From the NCBI GenBank assembly GCA_964247135.1, contig CAXTTL010000091.1, positions 1 through 17,558 of the forward strand: DNA of 17,558 nucleotides. The letters run 5' to 3'. The DNA is from an uncultured Deinococcales bacterium. GTDB taxonomy: Bacteria > Deinococcota > Deinococci > Deinococcales > JAAFIG01. The notes under the pieces are model-generated. The model was not told the origin of the DNA, made no database searches, and saw only the letters and a program-made list of their open reading frames with translations. The position numbers and the translations under genes were made by a program. This document shows positions 1 through 7,171 of this stretch, piece after piece (positions within the stretch are counted from its first letter, which is position 1; each line of letters begins with the position of its first letter).

Positions 1-1
1 T

Positions 2-85
2 CCAGGTATCAACCCCACATTGGCGATCTGGGCGCTCACCACCTGGGCGGCAGACCAACTCGTGACCAAACTCAAACAACCGTAG
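2..85 (+). CDS. C-terminal fragment of a GMC-family (FAD) oxidoreductase, 5' end outside window
   Basis: The frame from base 2 reads PGINPTLAIWALTTWAADQLVTKLKQP* (TAG 83-85). NPTLxIxAL...AAD matches the GMC oxidoreductase C-terminal motif. Not in the ORF track. Confidence 0.7.
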   Translation, partial: PGINPTLAIWALTTWAADQLVTKLKQP

Positions 86-137
86 GGTGCGCCGTGCGCA
101 CCACTTGACGCGAAACGGTGCGCGGGGCGCACCCTAC
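82..137. repeat. GTAG-family REP doublet (REPIN-like inverted pair)
   Basis: GTAGGGTGCGCCGTGCGCACC (82-102) and the near-perfect inverted copy GGTGCGCGGGGCGCACCCTAC (117-137). Each unit is GTAG plus an internal palindrome. Confidence 0.8.
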
Positions 138-149
138 CAGGAGATCAAC

Positions 150-1556
150 ATGACAGCCACACTGACGACAATGGAAATCATCAATCCCGCTACTTTCGAC
201 GTGATCGGCAGCGTGCCAATCTCGAGCGCCCAGGATGTCGAAAAGGCGTTGAACGCCGCGCAGGACGGCAAAAAAGTTTGGGCGGCAACCCCGATGTGGA
301 AACGCCGCGAGATTCTCAGCCGTTACCTTGATCTGCTGACCGCACAAAAGCTCGAGGTGGCACACACGCTCTGTCTCGAGACGGGCAAACCGCTCGAGCA
401 GGCGATAGATGAGGTTTCTGGTGGGATTCGGATGTTCCGCGAGTACATCAACCGCGTGATTGGGCTGCACGGCACGACCATTCCGCTCGATTCGCAAGAA
501 GGACTCGAGCGCGATGTCCTCATGACACACCATCAACCGCTCGGGGTGCTGGCGGCGATCTTGCCGTTCAATTTTCCGATAGACACCTTCAGCCACAAGA
601 CCGGCGCGGCGCTGGTGACGGGCAACGCCGTGATCGTCAAACCTGGCGAGGACGCACCGCTCGCGGTCTTGCACGCCGTGCGCCTGATGCACGAGGCGGG
701 TGTGCCCGAGAATGTGATTCAGGTCCTTACAGGCAAGGGTGAGGTCGGCGCGATGATGACCGACACGCCCAAAGTCAACGCGATCAGTTTTACCGGCAGC
801 ACCGCCACGGGCAGCCGCGTGATGGCAAACGGCGCAAAGCACATCTCGCGGGTGTACCTCGAGCTTGGCGGCAATGATCCGTTCATTGTTTTTGAAGATG
901 CCGACATGGATGTCGTCATGGAACACGCGGCGTTTGCTCGAACCTACTGCAACGGGCAGTGCTGCGTTGCCAGCAAGCGCTTTATTGTCCATCAATCCAA
1001 GCGCGAGGAATTTACGGCAAGGTTGCTCGAGTCTTTAAAGTCTTACACGGTCGGCAACCCGTTGCTGACGGGCACAAAAGTTGGACCACTGATTCATGAG
1101 GCAGCCGCCAAACGCGCCGAGGAGCAAATCGCGTTGACCGTCTCGCAGGGGGCAAAGGTGCTTTCGGGCGGCGAACGATACGACCGTAGTTTTATCGCGC
1201 CAACCGTGCTCGAGAATGTCACGCCAGAAATGGACGTTGCCAGGGACATGGAAATCTTTGCCCCTGTCTTCCCGATCATCAGTTTTAAAACAGACCAAGA
1301 AGCCATCTCGATTGCGAACGCCTCGATTTACGGTCTGAACGCTGGTGTGTTCACCAACAACGTCAACCGTGCGATTCAAGCGGGCTACCAGATCGAATCT
1401 GGCACGGTCTGCGTCAATGGCGCGGGTTTGTATCACCCCGATGCCGCCGCGTTTGGCGGTTTCAAACAGAGCGGGCTGGGACGCGAAGGAACGCTGACCG
1501 GACTCGAGGAGATGACGCAAATCAAGAGCATCGTGTTCCGCAACGCCTTGTCATAA
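150..1556 (+). CDS. NAD(P)-dependent aldehyde dehydrogenase
   Basis: PFNFP, KPGE, FTGS, catalytic LELGGNDP and NGQCC, EIFAPV, FGGFKQSGLGREG. RBS AGGAG at 139-143 favours ATG 150 over the ORF-track start at 87, which lies inside the REP. Confidence 0.95.
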   Translation: MTATLTTMEIINPATFDVIGSVPISSAQDVEKALNAAQDGKKVWAATPMWKRREILSRYLDLLTAQKLEVAHTLCLETGKPLEQAIDEVSGGIRMFREYINRVIGLHGTTIPLDSQEGLERDVLMTHHQPLGVLAAILPFNFPIDTFSHKTGAALVTGNAVIVKPGEDAPLAVLHAVRLMHEAGVPENVIQVLTGKGEVGAMMTDTPKVNAISFTGSTATGSRVMANGAKHISRVYLELGGNDPFIVFEDADMDVVMEHAAFARTYCNGQCCVASKRFIVHQSKREEFTARLLESLKSYTVGNPLLTGTKVGPLIHEAAAKRAEEQIALTVSQGAKVLSGGERYDRSFIAPTVLENVTPEMDVARDMEIFAPVFPIISFKTDQEAISIANASIYGLNAGVFTNNVNRAIQAGYQIESGTVCVNGAGLYHPDAAAFGGFKQSGLGREGTLTGLEEMTQIKSIVFRNALS

Positions 1557-1796
1557 TTCACCAAACATAACGTTCTCAACCGCACTGAACCCCATCTCGA
1601 GGTTCTCACTCGAGTCTCTTCCTTTACGCCCAAAACGCTCAGCTCGAGCGCCATTTGACCGACCCAATCGGGTGGTCTTGTTGCTATTGCCCAAAACCTG
1701 AATTCCAGGAGGTGAAGCCCAAAAACACGAAATGGCGATTTATCAACCCCAAGCCCTGAACCGCACCAACTCAACCCCAATCCCCGAGGAGGGAAC

Positions 1797-3053
1797 ATGA
1801 AATACAAACACATCATCGTGACTGGCGTACTCGCACTGGCAGCGGGTGCATTCGTCGCCCAGGCGGCTGGCGCAACTGGCAAACTCGAGATTTTTTCCTG
1901 GTGGACGGCTGGCGGCGAATCCGAAGGTCTGGACGCGCTGTTTAAGATCATGAAAGCCCAAAACCCAGACCTCGAGATCATCAATGCGACCGTGGCTGGC
2001 GGTGGCGGCACGAACGCGCAAGCGGTACTGCGAACCCGCGTTTTGGGTGGCAATCCACCAGATTCGTTCCAGGTTCATGGTGGTTCTGATGTCCTTGACA
2101 ATTGGGTTAAAGCCGGCAAGATGGACGACATCTCTGCGGTCTGGATCAAAAACGGCTATGACAAGGTGATCCCAAAAAGCATTCAGGCGCAGTTTATGGC
2201 AGACGGCAAATATTACGGAATGCCAGTCAACATTCACCGCAACAACAATTTGTATTTTAACAATGCGTTGCTCGCCAGCGCTGGCGTCAAAGTACCGACC
2301 ACGCTGGCGCAATTCTGGGTGGCGGCTGAAAAACTCAAAAAAGCTGGCATCACGCCACTGGCGCTCGGCAGCCAAGGCAACTGGGAAATCACCATGCTGC
2401 TCGAAAACATGGTGGTTGAGGTGGGTGGCGCAAAATTTTACAACGACCTGACCACAGGCAAAATCGCCTGGACGGACGCTCGAGTGATCAAAGCCTTGAC
2501 CAACCTCAAGCGCATGTTGGGTTACGTCAACAAAGACCACGCGGCGCTCTCGTGGGATCAGGGCGCTGGGCTGGTTTTGAACGGCAAAGCCGCGTTTAAC
2601 ATCATGGGCGACTGGGCAAAAGGTTATTTTTTATCGAACAAATGGACTGCCGACAAAGAATTCTCGAGTGTTCCCGCCCCTGGCACGAAAGGCACGTTCA
2701 TTGCCACCAACGATGCTTTCGGTCAACCCAAAGGCGCACCAAACCAAGCTGCTGTCAGCGAATGGTTGAAACTGCTGGGCAGCAAAGAGGGACAAGAGCA
2801 ATTCAACATCAGAAAAGGTTCGATCTGCGCCCGCACCGATTGCGATGCCAAACTCTTTGACCCAATCGGTCAACGCACCATGAAAGATTTCTCGAGCAAT
2901 GCCATTGTCGCCACCATCGCACACGGCAGCGCCATGAAAGGTTCTTTTGTCTCGGCACTGCACGATGAGATGGGTATCTTTGCGCTGAATGGTGACGTGC
3001 AAAAAACCGCCGCGAATCTCGAGAAGCAAGCCAAAGACCTCGGTATTCGCTAA
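1797..3053 (+). CDS. Sugar ABC transporter substrate-binding protein (glucose/mannose GtsA / Thermus glucose-binding protein type)
   Basis: Signal peptide; LEIFSWW...INATVAGGGG...RVLGGNPPDSFQVH; PVNIHR; IMGDWAKG; RBS GAGGAGG upstream of ATG. Confidence 0.9.
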   Translation: MKYKHIIVTGVLALAAGAFVAQAAGATGKLEIFSWWTAGGESEGLDALFKIMKAQNPDLEIINATVAGGGGTNAQAVLRTRVLGGNPPDSFQVHGGSDVLDNWVKAGKMDDISAVWIKNGYDKVIPKSIQAQFMADGKYYGMPVNIHRNNNLYFNNALLASAGVKVPTTLAQFWVAAEKLKKAGITPLALGSQGNWEITMLLENMVVEVGGAKFYNDLTTGKIAWTDARVIKALTNLKRMLGYVNKDHAALSWDQGAGLVLNGKAAFNIMGDWAKGYFLSNKWTADKEFSSVPAPGTKGTFIATNDAFGQPKGAPNQAAVSEWLKLLGSKEGQEQFNIRKGSICARTDCDAKLFDPIGQRTMKDFSSNAIVATIAHGSAMKGSFVSALHDEMGIFALNGDVQKTAANLEKQAKDLGIR

Positions 3054-3095
3054 TCATCACACTTCACTGAGCCTGCTTTATCACACAGTTTCTTC

Positions 3096-3128
3096 GCGGT
3101 TGGTTTCTTGAACTGGGAAACCAACCGC
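3096..3128 (+). other. Intercistronic stem-loop after the binding-protein gene (mRNA stabiliser or partial terminator)
   Basis: GCGGTTGGTTTC-N9-GAAACCAACCGC, a perfect 12-bp stem with no U-tract, in the position typical of ABC operons. Confidence 0.65.
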
Positions 3129-3198
3129 AACACCCACAAAATCAGACGTACAAATTTCTCGAGATAAAATCTCTTTGAACCGTTCCCCAAGGACTCCA

Positions 3199-4113
3199 AT
3201 GACCAGTATCAGCCTTCGCAAACGCCGCCCTCCAAACACCGATCAGATCACCGCCGTTTTGATGATTGTGCCGTCTTTGATTGCGATTGCCATTTTTGTG
3301 TACATGTTCATTTTACGCACGGCAGGACTTTCGTTGCTGGCGGTCAATGACTTGTTCGTGATGGCTGGACCAAAGACCTGGTTGGGTTTTCCGCAGGCAG
3401 CCTTTGTCGGCTTGAAAAATTATTTTGACCTTGCCAGCAACGACCGCTTCCGAGCCGATGTCGTCAACATGCTGGTCTTTAGCATTCTGTTCGTTGCCTG
3501 TTCGCTCTCGCTTGGCTTGCTCTTAGCGGTGCTCATCAATGCCAAGGCGAAACTCGAGGATTTGTGGCGCAACATTTTTTTCTTCCCCTTGGCGCTTTCG
3601 TTGGTCGTGACTGGCACAGTTTGGCGTTGGGTCTTCAACAGTGCCAGCACCAGCAGCCTTGGGCTGGACTGGATCACCAACCCAAACACCGCCATTTTGA
3701 CCATCATCATCGCCGCCACCTGGCAGATGAGCGGTTATGTCATGGCACTGTACCTGGCGGGTTTGCGCGGTATTCCAGGCGAATTGCACGAGGCGGCTCG
3801 GGTGGATGGCGCAACCGAGGCGCAAATTTTTTGGCGCATCACCTTTCCCTTGCTTGGTCCGATCACGGTCAGCGCCGCCGTGCTGTTGATTCATATTTCA
3901 CTGAAAATTTTTGACCTGGTGTTTGTCATGACGGGCAACCCTGGCGGACCCGGATTTTCCAGCGACATGCCTGCGCTCTACATGTTTCAGGCAACCTTCA
4001 AGCAAGATTTGTACTCGAGGGGCGCGGCGATAGCGACGTTTATGCTGATCGTGGCGGCGGTCATCATCATTCCGTACCTGGTCGCCAGCAACCGAAAGTC
4101 GGTGGAGGAATGA
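3199..4113 (+). CDS. Sugar ABC transporter permease (MalF/GtsB-like)
   Basis: Multiple hydrophobic segments and the EAA motif ELHEAARVDGA. AAGGA at 3189-3193 precedes ATG 3199. Confidence 0.92.
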   Translation: MTSISLRKRRPPNTDQITAVLMIVPSLIAIAIFVYMFILRTAGLSLLAVNDLFVMAGPKTWLGFPQAAFVGLKNYFDLASNDRFRADVVNMLVFSILFVACSLSLGLLLAVLINAKAKLEDLWRNIFFFPLALSLVVTGTVWRWVFNSASTSSLGLDWITNPNTAILTIIIAATWQMSGYVMALYLAGLRGIPGELHEAARVDGATEAQIFWRITFPLLGPITVSAAVLLIHISLKIFDLVFVMTGNPGGPGFSSDMPALYMFQATFKQDLYSRGAAIATFMLIVAAVIIIPYLVASNRKSVEE

Positions 4114-4973
4114 CCCGTGTGAGCCAACCCATCTCGAGTCCAGCCGTCAAGAAACGCACGCTCTCACCGGCTCGAGTTGGCTTGTACCTGCTGCTTTTGA
4201 CCCTCGCCGCGTTTTACCTGGTTCCGGTTTTTGTGGCGATCAACACCAGCCTCAAAAGCTTCGAGGAAGTCTCAAAAACCAGTGCTTTCGCCTTGGTGCT
4301 TCACCCCAACCTGGCGGCGTACCTCGAGGCGTTCGCGGGGCTAAAACAGGGTTTGCTGAACAGCTTGGCAATGGCAATACCAGCCACGCTCATCAGCAGC
4401 CTGCTGGGTTCAATGAATGGTTATGTGCTCGCCAAGTGGAAGTTCAAATGGGCGGACACCATCTTCCCAGCCGTGCTGTTCGGCATGTTCATCCCGTATC
4501 AATCGATCTTGATTCCACTGTTTCAATTCATGAGCGACATCAAACTGGCGGGCAGCATCTGGGCGTTGGTGCTGGTTCATGTCGTGTACGGCATTCCAAT
4601 CACCAGTTTGATCTTTCGCAATTTTTACGCCACCATTCCAAGCTCCTTGCTCGAGGCTGCCAAGCTCGACGGGGCAAGTTTTTTTGGCATTTACCGCCAC
4701 GTGCTGTTTCCGCTCAGCACCAGTTCGTTCGTGGTCGTGCTGATCTGGCAGTTCACCAACATCTGGAATGACTTTCTGTTCGCCGTGACGCTGACCAGTC
4801 CAGCCACGCAGCCCGTGACCGTGGTTTTGCAAGGTTTGGGCGCGGGACAGATCAGCCATTACGAGGTTCAAATGGCGGGCGCGATTGTCGCCGCCCTGCC
4901 GACCTTGCTGATTTACATCGTGCTGGGAAGGTATTTTGTGCAAGGCGTATTGGCGGGTTCGGTCAAAGGCTAA
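4110..4973 (+). CDS. Sugar ABC transporter permease (MalG/GtsC-like)
   Basis: EAA motif SLLEAAKLDGA, WNDFLF, C-terminal FVQGVLAGSVKG; ATGA overlap with the upstream permease. Confidence 0.93.
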   Translation: MTRVSQPISSPAVKKRTLSPARVGLYLLLLTLAAFYLVPVFVAINTSLKSFEEVSKTSAFALVLHPNLAAYLEAFAGLKQGLLNSLAMAIPATLISSLLGSMNGYVLAKWKFKWADTIFPAVLFGMFIPYQSILIPLFQFMSDIKLAGSIWALVLVHVVYGIPITSLIFRNFYATIPSSLLEAAKLDGASFFGIYRHVLFPLSTSSFVVVLIWQFTNIWNDFLFAVTLTSPATQPVTVVLQGLGAGQISHYEVQMAGAIVAALPTLLIYIVLGRYFVQGVLAGSVKG

Positions 4974-5170
4974 ACCTGCTCGAGATTTATCAATCTTTAA
5001 AACGTGGTGATGGCTTCGTGCTTTGCTCGAACCAGCATGGTGATCCTTTGATGGTCTTTTGATACGGGTTGGGTTTCATTACTTCATACGCTTGCGTAAA
5101 TATTGCGTTCATCACGGAATCCGTATTGGGTTGTATCCTGCCCTGCCGCTGAATCTCGCATCCGCAAACG

Positions 5171-5205
5171 CAAATAAAATATCTCGAGGTTGTCGCCTCG
5201 AGATA
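5171..5205 (-). terminator. Intrinsic terminator of rtcB
   Basis: TATCTCGAGG-N6-CCTCGAGATA 10-bp stem (5180-5205), followed on the minus strand by TTTTATTTG, just past the rtcB stop codon. Confidence 0.7.
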
Positions 5206-5212
5206 CCGATTC

Positions 5213-6853
5213 TTAATCTTCTGGAATCTCGCCCGCGTCCGCCATTTTGACGATTTTCGGGTCAAATCGTGCGATCACATGCACCAGTTCGGTTTGCGCC
5301 GCCATGACTTTATCGATGTCTTTGTACGCCAGTGGGTTCTCGTCAATGCCCGCCGAGAGCAGCGTCACGCCCGCTTCCTCGAGTTTTGGTCGGATCATCT
5401 TCCAGGTGAATTGCTCTTTGGCTTTGGTGCGGCTCATGGCGCGTCCCGCACCGTGGCTGGCACTCTCGAGACTGTCTTTGTTGCCTTTGCCGCGCACCAC
5501 AAAACCTGGGGTTGCCATGCTGCCTGGAATCATGCCGAGCACGCCCATGCCGGCTGGGGTTGCGCCTTTGCGGTGAACGATGACCTCCTGTCCAAAGTGG
5601 CTTTCTTTCCAAGCGAAATTGTGATGGTTTTCGACGCCCGCCAGCACTTTCGCGCCGATGGCTTTGATCACTTTTTTGTGAATCAACGCGTGGTTGGCGC
5701 TGGCATACAAACCCATCAAGTTCATGGCAGCCCAGTATTCTTGTCCAGCTTCAGAATCCATGCCCAGCCATGCCAGGTGTTTTAATTCTGCTGGCAGTTC
5801 GCGGTGAAAATCCATTGCCAAGTCCGAGTAATGCTTTGCCACCGTCGCGCCAGAGCCTCGAGAACCACTGTGCGACAACAGCGCCAAGTATTCTCCTGGC
5901 GAAAGGTTCATCTCACTCTTGTCAAGCGTCACAATGCCAAATTCGACGAAGTGATTGCCGCTGCCCGAAGTGCCAAGCTGCGCTCGGGCTTTATCAAACA
6001 GCTTTTCGGTGACTCGAGTCACCGTCCAATCCTCATCGAGCACGTCATGCTCGAGTGGTCGCTGCCAGCTTGCGCCTGTGCCGAATTTGGTCTCGGTTTC
6101 GATGGCACGTTTCAAGTCTTCAAAACGACGTTTGAAGGCGGTGGTGACGGGCATATCCAGAATCGAGAGTTTCAGGCGGCAAGCAATATCGTCCCCACCC
6201 GCGTAAGGAATCACGGCGTTTTCGGTGGCGAGCACACCGCCAATTGGCAAGCCGTACCCTTGGTGCGCGTCTGGCATCAACGCGCCAGCGAACGCCACAG
6301 GCAGCATCGCGGCGTTGTGCATTTGCTTGATCGCGCCGTCCTCCAGCCCAGTTCCAAAAATCTTGTACGGCGCAGCCTCCAAGCGTCGCTCGAGTGGTTT
6401 TGGTTTGCTTAATTCACTTGCCAAAACCCCAAAGTGCTCATCCTCGAGGTGTGCTTCTGGTTGCTCGAGAATCGCACGGATTTGAGCTTCGATTTTTGCT
6501 GGTTCAAATCGGTCGGGATGGTTTTTGATGGCAGCAAGCACCACGCCGACCAGTCGTCCCTCTGGAATTCCGAGTGCCAAAATGTCTTTTGCTTTCATGA
6601 TGTCAGTTCCTGTGTTTTCTTTAACCTCGAGCAGCTTATCGATGCCTTCTTTGCGATCCCACTGAATGCCGGCTTCGGTTTTGAAATACCAAATTCGGTG
6701 CCACGGAATTTCCAAACCTGGTTTGAAACTGGTCAGCCTGATTTCTTTCATGCCGTTAAAACGGGTCTGGTAACCAATCACAAATTCGGACGGGTCAAAG
6801 CGCGAATCGTAACAGATTTGATTGTAAATGATTTCACTGGAACGAAGTTTCAT
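5213..6853 (-). CDS. rtcB: RtcB 3'-phosphate/cyclic-phosphate RNA ligase with N-terminal MJ1316 (DUF504) domain
   Basis: RtcB motifs MPDAHQGYGLPIGG, DIAC, GSGNHFVE, HSGSRG, NHHN, HRKGAT, SHGAGR, DENPLAYKDI. The N-terminal ~75 aa has IGY..RF.GMKE...IPWHRI.YF.....WDR, characteristic of MJ1316. RBS GTGAGGGA supports ATG at 6853. Confidence 0.92.
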   Translation of the reverse strand: MKLRSSEIIYNQICYDSRFDPSEFVIGYQTRFNGMKEIRLTSFKPGLEIPWHRIWYFKTEAGIQWDRKEGIDKLLEVKENTGTDIMKAKDILALGIPEGRLVGVVLAAIKNHPDRFEPAKIEAQIRAILEQPEAHLEDEHFGVLASELSKPKPLERRLEAAPYKIFGTGLEDGAIKQMHNAAMLPVAFAGALMPDAHQGYGLPIGGVLATENAVIPYAGGDDIACRLKLSILDMPVTTAFKRRFEDLKRAIETETKFGTGASWQRPLEHDVLDEDWTVTRVTEKLFDKARAQLGTSGSGNHFVEFGIVTLDKSEMNLSPGEYLALLSHSGSRGSGATVAKHYSDLAMDFHRELPAELKHLAWLGMDSEAGQEYWAAMNLMGLYASANHALIHKKVIKAIGAKVLAGVENHHNFAWKESHFGQEVIVHRKGATPAGMGVLGMIPGSMATPGFVVRGKGNKDSLESASHGAGRAMSRTKAKEQFTWKMIRPKLEEAGVTLLSAGIDENPLAYKDIDKVMAAQTELVHVIARFDPKIVKMADAGEIPED

Positions 6854-6897
6854 AATTTCCCTCACCAACTCGAAGATGCTCGAGTTTCAACCTTGTC

Positions 6898-6903
6898 AGT
6901 GTA
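6898..6903 (-). promoter_or_regulatory. Putative -10 element (TACACT) for rtcB
   Basis: TACACT on the minus strand about 45 nt upstream of the ATG. The leader contains the hairpin AACTCGA-N6-TCGAGTT (6867-6886) next to the RBS. Confidence 0.4.
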
Positions 6904-6977
6904 AGGGCTTAAAGCTCGAGTCGCCTGATGGAAACGGCGTGGTTTGACTAAGCGTTATGGCTCAAATCAAAACCACG

Positions 6978-7013
6978 CAAATCAAAACCCCGACGTTCCG
7001 CAACGTCGGGGTT
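6978..7013 (-). terminator. Intrinsic terminator
   Basis: AACCCCGACGTT-CCGC-AACGTCGGGGTT (6986-7013); on the minus strand the stem runs into GGGGTTTTGATTTG. Confidence 0.8.
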
Positions 7014-7069
7014 GAAACGAAAGCTCGAGGGGGTCGAGCGGTACTGCGTCGAGCGGTGCTTCTCTGCTG
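6978..7069 (-). ncRNA. Candidate ~90-nt small RNA with its own -10 box and terminator
   Basis: -10-like CATACT at 7080-7075, two ACCGCTCGAC repeats and a CCCCCTC tract, ending in a perfect 12-bp hairpin plus U-rich tail. No credible ORF. Confidence 0.4.
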
Positions 7070-7171
7070 AAGTCAGTATGGCGTTTAATTCTGAGAGGGG
7101 CACTGGAATTTTTATGAGAAGAATCGATCTCTCGAGCCGTTTTCTTCATATTGAATTCATTTTAGAGGGTT

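Noticed and set aside
4974-5170. Short ORFs (4990-5265 -, 5059-5250 +) between the permease and rtcB
   Set aside because: They overlap rtcB and its terminator, lack an RBS and show no motif. Possibly a gene remnant, but unsupported.
6174-6200. DGR-type adenine mutagenesis explaining the RtcB substitutions
   Set aside because: No template/variable repeat pair or reverse transcriptase in the window, and the changes are not consistently at adenines of one strand.
6940-6960. CTAAGCGTTATG as an integron attC end, DdrO/RDRM box or IS200/605-associated RNA
   Set aside because: No complementary core site upstream, a poor match to the RDRM palindrome, and no integrase or TnpB/IscB nearby.
6870-7080. 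Y RNA or tRNA-like element next to rtcB
   Set aside because: No GTTCRA T-loop, cloverleaf or Ro-binding helix, and no Ro60 gene in the window. Kept only as a generic sRNA candidate.
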